Positions 49,545-60,136 of a DNA stretch of 64,000 bases are shown here, piece by piece (within the stretch, counting starts at the first letter, position 1; each line of letters starts with the position of its first letter). The stretch comes from a virus: the IMG/VR virus record IMGVR_UViG_3300012920_000022, positions 1-64,000 of that record. One strand, 5' to 3'. Below the pieces are notes generated by a model. That model did not search any database. It was not told the DNA's origin and saw only the letters and a program-made list of their open reading frames with translations. A program made the position numbers and the translations under genes.

Positions 49545-49905
49545 TATTGCTTATGTTACCGAATTATTGTGTGAATTGGGTAACGGCAACGGATATCACT
49601 ATCTGAATAGTATATTTGATGATTTTGATGGGGATACATATATTAATGTTAGAATCACTAGATGTGGTGAATACTATTATGTTTATGGTGATAGACCATT
49701 AACAGACATAGAAATATTTGATATTAGTCATGCTAGTAGATTAAAGACACCAGATGCATTTAAATTATTTGCTAGCCTGCTACATGAATTTAAGCAATAT
49801 TCTATAGATCAATTAGCCAAAGGAATTAATAAACTGGATGATTATGCAAATCTTTTATTGTCAGCTATTAACTCACTAGACAATTTTTATGATTTAAAGA
49901 TTTAA
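49528..49905 (+). CDS. Hypothetical protein
   Basis: Start reassigned to ATG 49528 (MKTGTN). Confidence 0.55.
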   Translation: MKTGTNIAYVTELLCELGNGNGYHYLNSIFDDFDGDTYINVRITRCGEYYYVYGDRPLTDIEIFDISHASRLKTPDAFKLFASLLHEFKQYSIDQLAKGINKLDDYANLLLSAINSLDNFYDLKI

Positions 49906-49909
49906 TGCA

Positions 49910-50065
49910 ATGAAGTCAGATGATAATTACCACATTAAACTGGATGAAGATGAATTTAAATTTTTATTGGATATACACACTATGGTGTCGCCATTTTTAT
50001 CTGATGAAAATATATCCACATACTTATCCATAGGATTTAAAATTAAAACAAATAGAACAGAATAA
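49910..50065 (+). CDS. Small hypothetical protein (51 aa, not in the ORF track)
   Basis: MKSDDNYHIKLDEDEFKFLL..; fills the gap before the terminator. Confidence 0.45.
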   Translation: MKSDDNYHIKLDEDEFKFLLDIHTMVSPFLSDENISTYLSIGFKIKTNRTE

Positions 50066-50067
50066 TA

Positions 50068-50095
50068 CAGAGGACGTGTAGTTACACGTCCTCTG
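50068..50095 (+). terminator. GC-rich hairpin terminator ending the DUF932 unit
   Basis: cagaggacgtgta-gt-tacacgtcctctg followed by ctgttttt. Confidence 0.7.
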
Positions 50096-50130
50096 CTGTT
50101 TTTGATATATAATAGAAAACGCAAAATCAT

Positions 50131-50916
50131 ATGAATTCTATTGTAAGCAAAAACGCTGGTGGTACAAGATATGAAATATTATCTACTCTATTATCCTTAC
50201 ATGGGTTTGACTCCATAGAATCTTTTCAAAATCATGCTGGATTATTATCGGATGGACTATACGGAATGAAAACCCATGAAAAATTGTATTCACATATACT
50301 CGATGTTGATCATGTAGAATTTGCTGGTCATTATTATATGCAAGAATTTCCAAAAAAACAAATTGTACTACATCATAGTGCTGGTAGAGATAATTCTAGA
50401 AGTATGTTTGATTATTGGAAAAATGATGGTGTTTATCATGTGGCAACATCCATAGGCATTAATGATGATGGTAAAGTGGTAAAAGGCTATGATGAAAGAC
50501 ATTGGGGACATCATATAGGTATGCAAAATATCTATAATTTGGCTCGTAATAGAGAATCCGTGGCGGTTGAAATATGTAATTGGGGTGCTTTAAATGATGA
50601 TATGGTTAGTTGGGCAGGAGTTAGAGTGCCTGAAGATAAGGTCATAGAACTCAATTATAAAAACATTAAATATTTTGAGAAATACACTCAAAAGGAAATA
50701 GATTCATTGGAATTATGGATAGTCATTAATGCTATTAGATTTGATATACCACTTGATTATAATGAGAATGATATGTGGAAGGTATCACAGAACGCTATTG
50801 CTGGAACTCCAGGTATATACACTCATAATAGCTATATATCATGGAAGAGTGATATAAGTCCACAACCTAATATGATAAATATGTTATCTGGTTTGAAAGA
50901 TAAATACCTTTCATAA
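50131..50916 (+). CDS. N-acetylmuramoyl-L-alanine amidase (endolysin) with PG-binding-like N-terminus
   Basis: FQ..GL..DGLYG; IVLHHSAG, WGHHIG, SVAVEICNWG, GIYTHNS and KSD..P motifs. Confidence 0.8.
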   Translation: MNSIVSKNAGGTRYEILSTLLSLHGFDSIESFQNHAGLLSDGLYGMKTHEKLYSHILDVDHVEFAGHYYMQEFPKKQIVLHHSAGRDNSRSMFDYWKNDGVYHVATSIGINDDGKVVKGYDERHWGHHIGMQNIYNLARNRESVAVEICNWGALNDDMVSWAGVRVPEDKVIELNYKNIKYFEKYTQKEIDSLELWIVINAIRFDIPLDYNENDMWKVSQNAIAGTPGIYTHNSYISWKSDISPQPNMINMLSGLKDKYLS

Positions 50917-50921
50917 TATGG

Positions 50922-50983
50922 TAACTTAAAACATTTTTACAGTTTAACATTTTTTTACAGTTTAACATTTTTACATTTTTATT
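50922..50983 (+). repeat. U-rich tandem repeats in the SSB leader (candidate autogenous translational operator)
   Basis: acatttttac agtttaacatttttttac agtttaacatttttac atttttattATG. Confidence 0.6.
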
Positions 50984-52345
50984 ATGAATACAGAAGAACA
51001 AGAACTTTACGGTGACATAGACAAAATGTTTGAGGATTCAAGTGACATAAGCATTGGATCTCAAGGTGTGGTGCAAGGTGCAGGAGCTGTAGACCCCGAT
51101 TTATATACAGTTAGCTTAAACAATAATGACAAAATACCAAAAGATAAGAATGGGTCTCCATTCTATAATTCATTGGTGAGATTTGTTATGAACCCAAAGC
51201 TACACAATGGTAATTTTCTACATAGAATTACCAAATATGTGTATTATATGAAGGCATCTGGTGCCACTGACAATTCCCCTATTTGGTTAGATTGCCCAAG
51301 CACTATTGGTACTAATAAAAACCTCATGTCTGCCACTTTTTTTTATCTTAAAAATCTTGGTAGTAAACACTATTCAAACATTGCTTACTCTGATTTTTCC
51401 AGAAAGCTTTATAATTGGGCGATTATTTATATTGTTAAAGATGGTAACTTTCCGGATCTGGATAACACCTTTAAAGTGTTTAGATTCCCCAATACCATCA
51501 ATGACATGATAGATACCGAAGCTGCTGGTAATGAGCAATTTCAGCAACCTCCCGTGAATGTATTTCATCCCTTTTATGGTAAAAATCTATTATTGGATTT
51601 TCGTAGCAAAAAAATTAAAAATGATGATGGTCATGAAAGAACAGTATCCACATATGAGGGTAGTAAATTTGATGGCACTGTAAGCATGATACCAATACCT
51701 GGACTTGACTATCAAGTTTATCCTGTTATAGGTAATGGGCTATATTCTAAAGACCCCATTGAAAACGAAAAGTTTAAAGAACACAATAAGGTGGTTCAGC
51801 GAAAGCTTGGTAAATATATTCATGATAATGTACCGGATTTATCTAAATATTGTTATAAGGGATGGGATGATTCTACCGAAGAAATGATTATAGCATATAT
51901 CCAAGAAAGGATTTCTGACACCAAAGTCTACAAGGGTTTATTGAGACATTTTTATAGATCCAGATTATTTATCAGAAAATACACTAGCATAGAAAACGTA
52001 TTTGAAATGTCTGATAAAATTCAGTCTGATTATGGTGGGGTGGATGACATCGGTGATGAAGATAATGATACCGCAGCGAAGAGACCAGTTCATGATGATG
52101 AAGACATTAAAGATTTTAAGGCTTCATTGGAAAGTACTGGTGATGATGACTTACCAGATCTACCATTCGGAGATATGGATGATGAAACACCCAATAAACA
52201 AGAAAACACCCAAAATCAGCAAAATAATCCAAAACCATCACAAAATAGTCCAAACAAAACCAATCCAAATCCATCACAAAATTCAAGTGAAAACGATGAA
52301 GATTTTGATATAGGTAGTGATATAGACTGGTCTAGTGTTGGATAA
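50984..52345 (+). CDS. Single-stranded DNA-binding protein, T4 gp32-like
   Basis: VRF, DCPSTIG, IYIVKD..P....KVFRF..I..MI, F.PF.GKN.LL, YE.SKF and an acidic tail. Confidence 0.85.
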   Translation: MNTEEQELYGDIDKMFEDSSDISIGSQGVVQGAGAVDPDLYTVSLNNNDKIPKDKNGSPFYNSLVRFVMNPKLHNGNFLHRITKYVYYMKASGATDNSPIWLDCPSTIGTNKNLMSATFFYLKNLGSKHYSNIAYSDFSRKLYNWAIIYIVKDGNFPDLDNTFKVFRFPNTINDMIDTEAAGNEQFQQPPVNVFHPFYGKNLLLDFRSKKIKNDDGHERTVSTYEGSKFDGTVSMIPIPGLDYQVYPVIGNGLYSKDPIENEKFKEHNKVVQRKLGKYIHDNVPDLSKYCYKGWDDSTEEMIIAYIQERISDTKVYKGLLRHFYRSRLFIRKYTSIENVFEMSDKIQSDYGGVDDIGDEDNDTAAKRPVHDDEDIKDFKASLESTGDDDLPDLPFGDMDDETPNKQENTQNQQNNPKPSQNSPNKTNPNPSQNSSENDEDFDIGSDIDWSSVG

Positions 52346-53454
52346 TGGAGTTTGATAAATTAGATGAAAATTCTATGGATGGTGTGAATGATACGCACAT
52401 CATCCATATATTACACAAATCCATAACCAATATATTAAAATCTAAATTTCCCACCGATTACGAAAAACAATCTATATCACATAGAACTAACAGAATTAAT
52501 TTTGCATGTCCCATATGTGGTGATAGTAGTACTAGTAGTACCAAAAAGCGTGGCAACATTTACATAGGTAATGGATTTAGGTATATGTGCTATAATATTT
52601 GTGGTAGTATGCCATTATCACAATTTTTTAGATCGTTAAATGTAGAGTTCCCATTTGATGATAGATCATTATTATACATATCAAGCTCCCATAATAACTA
52701 TATATCGCACAATATTTCCAATAATAGGAACAATAATTATTTTAAGAACTTATTAGAAATAGATAAGTATGCAATACCAATACCAATAATAGAAAAATTA
52801 TTTAACTTAAAAAAAATACAGGATGATAAGGTAGCATATGAATTTATCAAATCTAGAAACCAATTATCTTATATAAGTAACCTTAGATCAAATAAATATG
52901 GAATATATATACTCAATATGTTTGATGATAAAGTTATAAGTCTGCAAACCAGATACTACAAAGGTGATTATAGATATTTATCCAAAAGATATTCTAGAAT
53001 ATTAAAACATATGAATGTCGATTCATCGAAAATAGATCCTCAATATTTATCTATGATGGATAATTTATCCAATTATTATGGAATATTTGGTGTTGATTTT
53101 TCCAAATCAGTATATGTATTTGAGGGTGCGTTCGATTCCCACCATATACCAAATTCTATAGCCACATTATCTGCTAGTAATGATATAATTTTTGATAATG
53201 CAGTGTATTTTTTTGATAATGACGATGCTGGTAGAAAAAAATCCATAGCAAAATTAGAGAAAGGTCATAAAGTGTTTTTATGGAGTTCATTTCTCAATGA
53301 TCATGGTAATTATAATCCTATGAAACCCAGGGATTATCATAAAGATATATATGATGGAATGGATTTGGATGATATTATAAGATTAAATCTTTGTGATATA
53401 CCCACATTGTATAAATATTTTTCTAACGATATTAGCGATATGTTGTATGTATGA
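52345..53454 (+). CDS. DNA primase, T4 gp61-like
   Basis: NFACPICGDS...KKRG..Y.CYN.CG Zn finger; VFEG.FDS and FDND.AG TOPRIM. Confidence 0.9.
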   Translation: MEFDKLDENSMDGVNDTHIIHILHKSITNILKSKFPTDYEKQSISHRTNRINFACPICGDSSTSSTKKRGNIYIGNGFRYMCYNICGSMPLSQFFRSLNVEFPFDDRSLLYISSSHNNYISHNISNNRNNNYFKNLLEIDKYAIPIPIIEKLFNLKKIQDDKVAYEFIKSRNQLSYISNLRSNKYGIYILNMFDDKVISLQTRYYKGDYRYLSKRYSRILKHMNVDSSKIDPQYLSMMDNLSNYYGIFGVDFSKSVYVFEGAFDSHHIPNSIATLSASNDIIFDNAVYFFDNDDAGRKKSIAKLEKGHKVFLWSSFLNDHGNYNPMKPRDYHKDIYDGMDLDDIIRLNLCDIPTLYKYFSNDISDMLYV

Positions 53455-53611
53455 TAATCCAAATATAATAATATTACCCAATATATTTGATATAGATATT
53501 AGTTTTAGTGATGATGATATTAGTGATATTAGTGATGATGATATTATTAAATCCTCCAATACTAATGTGATTGAAATTATCGATGATACTAACAAAAATA
53601 GCATTTTTTAA
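53447..53611 (+). CDS. Small highly acidic protein
   Basis: MYDNPN..DISFSDDDISDISDDDII; start reassigned to 53447. Confidence 0.45.
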   Translation: MYDNPNIIILPNIFDIDISFSDDDISDISDDDIIKSSNTNVIEIIDDTNKNSIF

Positions 53612-54090
53612 TGGATAACGTAGAAAGTAATATCATTGATGGAATCAATGAACTAGCTGAAATAATAGATGAATGGGAATCATTATCTAAACTTAACATA
53701 GAGAAGAAACTTGATATATTATCTGGATATTTTACTAATATTGATCTGCTCCATGATAATAGGCATAAGTATTTTAAATTTAGGCAATCATTATTGAGCA
53801 AACAATATGATTATCAAACTACTTCTAACAAAATATCCAAAATATTTAATGAATATACGGATTATCGTAAAGTTAAATTAAAGAATCTCCTATCATCAGA
53901 TGATAAATCCATTAAACCAAGCAATCAAAAACAAAGAGATGACTATGTGACTATGGGTACCAATAATATAACCTATTATATCAATCAAATAGATCATATA
54001 ATAGGTTATATTATTGGTACTATAAAAAATGTAGATCACATGATGTATTCCATAGATTCTATTATAAAGCATAATGAAAAATATAGTTAA
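53611..54090 (+). CDS. Recombination mediator, UvsY-like
   Basis: 159-aa helical protein upstream of uvsW with IK.VD.M..SI..IIK C-terminus. Confidence 0.45.
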   Translation: MDNVESNIIDGINELAEIIDEWESLSKLNIEKKLDILSGYFTNIDLLHDNRHKYFKFRQSLLSKQYDYQTTSNKISKIFNEYTDYRKVKLKNLLSSDDKSIKPSNQKQRDDYVTMGTNNITYYINQIDHIIGYIIGTIKNVDHMMYSIDSIIKHNEKYS

Positions 54091-54099
54091 ATATTTTTC

Positions 54100-54330
54100 A
54101 TGACAGCATTTGAATTATGTCAAATTTATGATGGACAAAATTTTAGAGTTAAAGGAGGTATAGTTATATGGAATTTTATAAATTATAGATATAGAAATGA
54201 TAAATGTTTTGTTCAAAGGATAGTACCTGTAAGTGATTGGTATACTATCAAAAGTTCATATATTTCTCCTAATACCATGGTGGAGGTGGTAAAATTGAAC
54301 AGATCCAATGGTTTATATGAATTAATATAA
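54100..54330 (+). CDS. Hypothetical protein
   Basis: 76-aa ORF. Confidence 0.55.
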   Translation: MTAFELCQIYDGQNFRVKGGIVIWNFINYRYRNDKCFVQRIVPVSDWYTIKSSYISPNTMVEVVKLNRSNGLYELI

Positions 54331-54335
54331 ATATT

Positions 54336-55913
54336 TTGATGAATATGGTGAAAATTAATCTACATAAAGATAGAATAAATTTGATGATATTAACTGATAG
54401 TCCAGATACATCATCAAAATTGTTTGATCATTTTACCTTTAAAGAGAGCAATTGGAAGTTTTTAGCTAGAAAATACCCAGGTCACACTGGTGATGTTAGA
54501 TTTATAAAGTTCGCAAAAAAAGGTGAATTAACTAATTTAAAAACTTCCGTGGGATTTTATTATCATTTAATAAAATATTTGAATGATAATAATTTGCCAT
54601 ATGAAAGTGATGTATTGGAATCCATATATAGAAAGATTACAGATTTCCATTTTTTTTACAATAAATTGATAGAAAAAATGGGGTTTCAGTTTAGAGATAT
54701 GCAATACAACGCAGCTTTATCTGCATTGGAAAATGATTTTTGTATATTGCATCTGGATACTAATAGTGGTAAGACCTTTATCCTTTTTTCTATAGTAACT
54801 TATATGATATGGAAAAAAGAATGCAAACAAATATTAATAGTATGTACTGATTTGGGTTTAACTAAGCAAATGTTTGAAGATTTTGGGGAATATATGTCAG
54901 GTTTCCTAAATTATAAGGTATTAATCTGTCATGGTAAAGCTACTGTTAAATCATTTGAAGGTTACAAAGTCATCATATCCAATTTCCAGTATCTTGGTAA
55001 CAGAGATAAATCATTATTTAAAAATATATCACATGTGTTTTTTGATGAATGTGATTTATGTACTGCTAAAACATATGATAAAATAGTCAAAAAACTTCCA
55101 CCATCTGATAAAAGAATTGGTGTTACTGGAACACTACCATCTCCCAAATCCGTTAAATTCAACAAAATCAGAAAAAAGACTGGTGATGTAATGGCTAGAA
55201 TAAAAAAAGAAGACTTAATGGAGCTGGGATATTCTGCAAAACCCATAATAAAGGTTATTGAATTGGATTATTTATCTATAAACGATAGATTAGAAATATA
55301 TGATTGTAAAATCAATATAGAAGATGAAGACCAAATGTTTAGAGTAAAAATGTTGGAATCTTCTAAACTTAGAGATAGCCAACTTAGGTTAGATTATATA
55401 TCTAACCTAGCTGTAAACAGTATTGGTAATGGTGTTATATTTTGTTCTGATAAAAAATATGGATATGGTTTAAAAATAAAGGAATATTTATTATCTTTGA
55501 ATTCTGGTAAGGAAATATATTATGCTGATGGTGATACAAAATCATCTGATAGACAAACCTATACCAATAGAATGAGAACCGGAAATAACAGGATATTAAT
55601 AGTCACTTATAGTATTTGGGGTAGAGGTATATCTGTACCTAATCTATCATGGATAATCGCAGCAGAACCAAAGAAAAACGAAACTACCTTGGATCAGGCT
55701 ATGGGTAGAGGTGAGAGAATAAAGGATGGTAAAAATCACTATATATGGTATGATATAGTTGATAATTTTGATATAAATAAACAAAATTATCCTAGTTTAT
55801 ATGATGATGGTATCACATATAAGAGTTATATGATGAAAAACTTCTCCAATAGAAAATCATTCTATAAATCTAAAAATTGGGATATAGATATTCACGAAAA
55901 GGTTACCTTATAA
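54336..55913 (+). CDS. uvsW: SF2 DNA helicase, UvsW-like
   Basis: RDMQ, TNSGKT, DECD, GVTGT, GISVPNL and QAMGRGER motifs. Confidence 0.85.
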   Translation: MMNMVKINLHKDRINLMILTDSPDTSSKLFDHFTFKESNWKFLARKYPGHTGDVRFIKFAKKGELTNLKTSVGFYYHLIKYLNDNNLPYESDVLESIYRKITDFHFFYNKLIEKMGFQFRDMQYNAALSALENDFCILHLDTNSGKTFILFSIVTYMIWKKECKQILIVCTDLGLTKQMFEDFGEYMSGFLNYKVLICHGKATVKSFEGYKVIISNFQYLGNRDKSLFKNISHVFFDECDLCTAKTYDKIVKKLPPSDKRIGVTGTLPSPKSVKFNKIRKKTGDVMARIKKEDLMELGYSAKPIIKVIELDYLSINDRLEIYDCKINIEDEDQMFRVKMLESSKLRDSQLRLDYISNLAVNSIGNGVIFCSDKKYGYGLKIKEYLLSLNSGKEIYYADGDTKSSDRQTYTNRMRTGNNRILIVTYSIWGRGISVPNLSWIIAAEPKKNETTLDQAMGRGERIKDGKNHYIWYDIVDNFDINKQNYPSLYDDGITYKSYMMKNFSNRKSFYKSKNWDIDIHEKVTL

Positions 55914-58900
55914 TCTAATTGAATCTAATGAATCTCTCTTATACTTCATGGTAACTGATATGTCGAATGAAAATATATCATCATTTCTAACATTAATATC
56001 AAATCCCATTTTTTTGGTATATACTAAATTATTATTAGTATTATTTACTATTCCTCCTAAATTACCATTCCCAGAATTTCCTGACCCATCATAATCTGTA
56101 AATCTTGATTGAAATATTATGGGTATTCTTATCTTAAAAGAATCACCATTCTTTATTACTTTGGTGGAGTTATATGTGGCACTACCTATGGTTATTTGTT
56201 TTTCATCTTGTGGTGCCATAAACAAATAAGACCCACATGTATTTTTTCCTATTAAATATGTGTCATCATTCCCGAAACCTATTTTTCTTGGAAAATTTAA
56301 TTCAGTGGGACTACCAGAAGGTAATTTTTCTATTTGCCTATAGTTGAGTTGTTTATAATAATTCTCTTTTGTATCATCTAATTCAAAATATTTTGATTGA
56401 GAGAATACTGGATAGAAAAATCTTGAATTATTTAATATAACTGATGGTATGCCTCTAACTAATAGTCCATTTGAGTTAAAAGTATATGATGAAAACAAAT
56501 CATTATAGTTTTGCAAGAAATCACTACCAGATTGTAATTCTGGGTGGTCTATGTGAACGCAAAAATCCGTTATATTTCCATTGCCACTACCCAAACTATC
56601 ACCATTCCACACATATGGTCTATTTCCATTACCGTTGTTATCAAATGTTGGCATATAGAAATCATCTTTTTGGTCATTGGGTGTTATATATAAGCTATCT
56701 CCTAGAGTAATATCCCTATTTCTTGCATATATGAATTGACCTTTGGTTTGTGATGACTGGAATGCAGAGATATTTATATATGGATCTACTGCATTGTTGT
56801 ATTTGGATATCAATATATCATTATTGGCAGTATTCCTATATGATGCCGGAGTTTGCCAGTATTTTCTATATAACCTATATTCATCTTTGTTTATTAAATA
56901 ACCATCATAGTCTATTGATGGTAAATCCACTATTGGTAATTTTTCGTTTACTCCTGGTACATATGATAATAATTCTAGATCTGATGTATCTGTCAAATTT
57001 GATATTTCTATATAGTATATTTTTGATATTATTTGACCCTTTTTAACTTGTAATGTCTCTATTTCATCCACATAATATCCACCAAATATGCTGATTTCGG
57101 AGTTATTTGATACTGTAGCGAGTACATTGTCGTTTTCATCTATTATTTTAACCGACATTTCTGGTATAGATGATGTTACTAATGATTTTAATTCACTTAT
57201 TATACCCTCCATTTCCACTATTTTCTCTTCTAGTGTTTTTGGTCTATTATCTTTAATTTCGCTTGTTCCTATATTATTTGCAAAATGATAATAGGTTTTA
57301 CCAAGTACTTTGGTACTTTCTGATACATGATCATATACTCCTCTGTTAGTTAATTCAGTATTCAGTTCATTTTTTATTGATTCTATTAATGTGGAGTTGG
57401 TTATGTTGGGTGTTTCTGATAATATGCTTTCATCAAATGGTACATTCAGAGAATCAGACCAATCTGATTCTATGGGGGTTGGATATCCCACTTCACCAAT
57501 TGTTTTTACTCGTATTTCTACCTGCTCATTTTGAGTTATTGGTATGCTGATTTCATTTATATTTAGTTCATCAGCACTCTCTTGGTTGTCTATTACCCAA
57601 ATTACATTATTATTGCTATCAATCTGTCTGGTTTTAATAGGTGTATTAAAACTTATCCATTTTGATTTGTTGGCTTTTTGGGTGTTATCTTGATCATCAG
57701 TATATTTATATTCATTTGATTGTATAGAATTACCATCATTGGTTAAATATCTATACTGGATTTTCATACCTATTACTTCATATTTGTATTCTGGTAATGG
57801 TATAAATCCTTCTATTCTATATTTTGGTGAAAAATTATCTATATCTTGTATAGTTGCGTTTATTTCATCTATTAGTGAGCTGTAATCTGATTCTATTGCT
57901 GATAATCGATTTTGCTTATCTTGTAGATTTCTCCTATCTTTGTCTAATTCTTCTGTTGTGTCATATTCTGTTGTGGATATTCTAGTTTTCAGCGACTCTA
58001 TTTCAACCGATAATTCAGATATTTGTTCTTTTAATCTTATTTTTTCATTGTTTTTTTTCCTTAGTTCATCATTCTGAGTACCTTGCTTATGTCTGTTAAC
58101 TATGTTTATTGATAGACTATCAATTGATAGGTTTGGTGGTGCTGGTTTGTCATTTATATCAGTTGGTGGTATAAATGTGTTTTTAAGACTGTTACTAATA
58201 CCATTTTGATAGTCAATAACATTACTATTATCAAAATCGTTTAAATTCTGATTGTTTAAACTAAACATATCAGATGATATGGATATGCCTTCACCCCATT
58301 CATTTGGTACTATACCAAAATTTTTTATTATGGGTTTAATGAATATTATCATATATTCATTGTTGGCTATTTCAATTGGTAGTTTGGATTCGTTTATTTT
58401 CTGATATAGACCAAATATATTTGATCCTATTCTTATCGGGTCAAATCCTTCTATGAGTTTTAATGATACTTCATTAGTTTCTGGTATTATGTTAGTTATT
58501 TCATAACATGTTGTTTTTTCGTTATTGTAATCTATAACTAAACTATCACCAGAAGATAATAGTTTAGTCGATCCCCCATTATCAATATATTGTATTGTAT
58601 TTAATTTATAATATGTTCCATCGTTGGTTTTTCTAAACGATTCTACGGAAAATCTATTATTGGAATTAATGTTTAATACATCTATAAATTCTCTATATTC
58701 CAATAATTCAAATGATATATTATTTGTCGATAATTGGTCTATTTCTGATATATTTATGTCATTTCTACCTCTTATGTTTTCATCGAAATATAGTATATCA
58801 TTTGAATCGTTTAATAATAGCTTATATGATCTAATTAGATACTCATTTACATCATCGAGATATGGTAGATTGATGTTGAAATAAGTTTGTGGATATCTAG

Positions 58901-59273
58901 ATGATGTAAATGGTTTTTGGTTTTTAATGTTAAATTCATTACTTGTTGTTAGCGCATTAGATGGATTTTTTGGATATGGTAAGTTTGATTTTGTGAGAGA
59001 TCTTCTTATTCCATCGCTCCCCACCAATGATACATTCCTATATGATACACCAGATATCGCATCCATATTGCTTTCTACTACATTTAATCTTGATAGTAGA
59101 TAACCATATGATGGTATTTGGATTTCTGATTCTACACCATTTGCATCCTCATATACTACTACCAATGACTCATCATTGGTAGTTAATGAATTGCTAAATT
59201 GCTGAATCAATTCATTACTGTTTTTCTCTCTTCTAAGGATTTCCTTTATAAGACCATCTAAACTATTAGTCAT
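55908..59273 (-). CDS. Large virion structural protein (coiled coil + beta domains)
   Basis: 1121 aa in a late-type operon; central coiled coil, FN3-like ESDWS motif. Confidence 0.55.
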   Translation of the reverse strand: MTNSLDGLIKEILRREKNSNELIQQFSNSLTTNDESLVVVYEDANGVESEIQIPSYGYLLSRLNVVESNMDAISGVSYRNVSLVGSDGIRRSLTKSNLPYPKNPSNALTTSNEFNIKNQKPFTSSRYPQTYFNINLPYLDDVNEYLIRSYKLLLNDSNDILYFDENIRGRNDINISEIDQLSTNNISFELLEYREFIDVLNINSNNRFSVESFRKTNDGTYYKLNTIQYIDNGGSTKLLSSGDSLVIDYNNEKTTCYEITNIIPETNEVSLKLIEGFDPIRIGSNIFGLYQKINESKLPIEIANNEYMIIFIKPIIKNFGIVPNEWGEGISISSDMFSLNNQNLNDFDNSNVIDYQNGISNSLKNTFIPPTDINDKPAPPNLSIDSLSINIVNRHKQGTQNDELRKKNNEKIRLKEQISELSVEIESLKTRISTTEYDTTEELDKDRRNLQDKQNRLSAIESDYSSLIDEINATIQDIDNFSPKYRIEGFIPLPEYKYEVIGMKIQYRYLTNDGNSIQSNEYKYTDDQDNTQKANKSKWISFNTPIKTRQIDSNNNVIWVIDNQESADELNINEISIPITQNEQVEIRVKTIGEVGYPTPIESDWSDSLNVPFDESILSETPNITNSTLIESIKNELNTELTNRGVYDHVSESTKVLGKTYYHFANNIGTSEIKDNRPKTLEEKIVEMEGIISELKSLVTSSIPEMSVKIIDENDNVLATVSNNSEISIFGGYYVDEIETLQVKKGQIISKIYYIEISNLTDTSDLELLSYVPGVNEKLPIVDLPSIDYDGYLINKDEYRLYRKYWQTPASYRNTANNDILISKYNNAVDPYINISAFQSSQTKGQFIYARNRDITLGDSLYITPNDQKDDFYMPTFDNNGNGNRPYVWNGDSLGSGNGNITDFCVHIDHPELQSGSDFLQNYNDLFSSYTFNSNGLLVRGIPSVILNNSRFFYPVFSQSKYFELDDTKENYYKQLNYRQIEKLPSGSPTELNFPRKIGFGNDDTYLIGKNTCGSYLFMAPQDEKQITIGSATYNSTKVIKNGDSFKIRIPIIFQSRFTDYDGSGNSGNGNLGGIVNNTNNNLVYTKKMGFDINVRNDDIFSFDISVTMKYKRDSLDSIRL

Positions 59274-59288
59274 TTGATTGATTGGTTA

Positions 59289-60128
59289 TTATGATACACC
59301 AGTGACATTTTTACTATCTATCACCAAGAATTTAAATATACCGCCACCAATGTTAGTCCACCTAATTTTTAGATAAGATTTTGTATCTACTGCGGTTGGT
59401 ACAAATTCTGGTGATACTGTGTTAGATATTATGGTTATACCAGTACCAGTGGGGTTAATATATGCAAATATTTCGTCTCCAGAAGTTCCATTATACAGTT
59501 TTTGATTTCCAGAAGTACTTGTAGTCAAGCAATGTAATTCAAATTCTTGACCTTCTGTTATATTAGATGTATCTAGATTCAATCCATCAGTTGATGTTAC
59601 GGCTGAATAGTTTAATAAAATAGTTGAATTATATTGAATATCCAATGGATTTGGTGCTGATGCACCAAAATTAGCGTCTGTTAGATCTATGGTATCTAAT
59701 TTTTTTATCACTTTGGTATTAGTGCCAGATAAATTTAAATTACCTGCTAATACTATCTCATTAACATTTAATATTTCTAATACATCCACTGTATTAAATA
59801 CAGATTTATCTGTATTTCCAGTACCATTGGCTATTAGTGATTTTGCTGTTAAATTACCAAGGTTATCTATGGTTAATATGTTACCAGCTCCTGCGGGTGA
59901 TACTGATATTACATTACCACTTTGACCAGTTATGGCTATAGTTGCAGCTTCTATACTGTTAGATGGTATAGAGAGAAAATTTGTCAACTTAAGCTTATTA
60001 TCTGTTATTGATAATAAGCTTAATTGATTATTTATAGTATTCTCTAATATATCATAATTTTGATTAAATAAATCAGGTGCGGATTTTATAGCTTCAGCCG
60101 AATTAATCCTGGTTAATGTTATGCTCAT
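59289..60128 (-). CDS. Virion structural protein
   Basis: 279 aa, T/N/S/G-rich, N.N...LE..IN N-terminal motif. Confidence 0.55.
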   Translation of the reverse strand: MSITLTRINSAEAIKSAPDLFNQNYDILENTINNQLSLLSITDNKLKLTNFLSIPSNSIEAATIAITGQSGNVISVSPAGAGNILTIDNLGNLTAKSLIANGTGNTDKSVFNTVDVLEILNVNEIVLAGNLNLSGTNTKVIKKLDTIDLTDANFGASAPNPLDIQYNSTILLNYSAVTSTDGLNLDTSNITEGQEFELHCLTTSTSGNQKLYNGTSGDEIFAYINPTGTGITIISNTVSPEFVPTAVDTKSYLKIRWTNIGGGIFKFLVIDSKNVTGVS

Positions 60129-60136
60129 TGTTTAAT

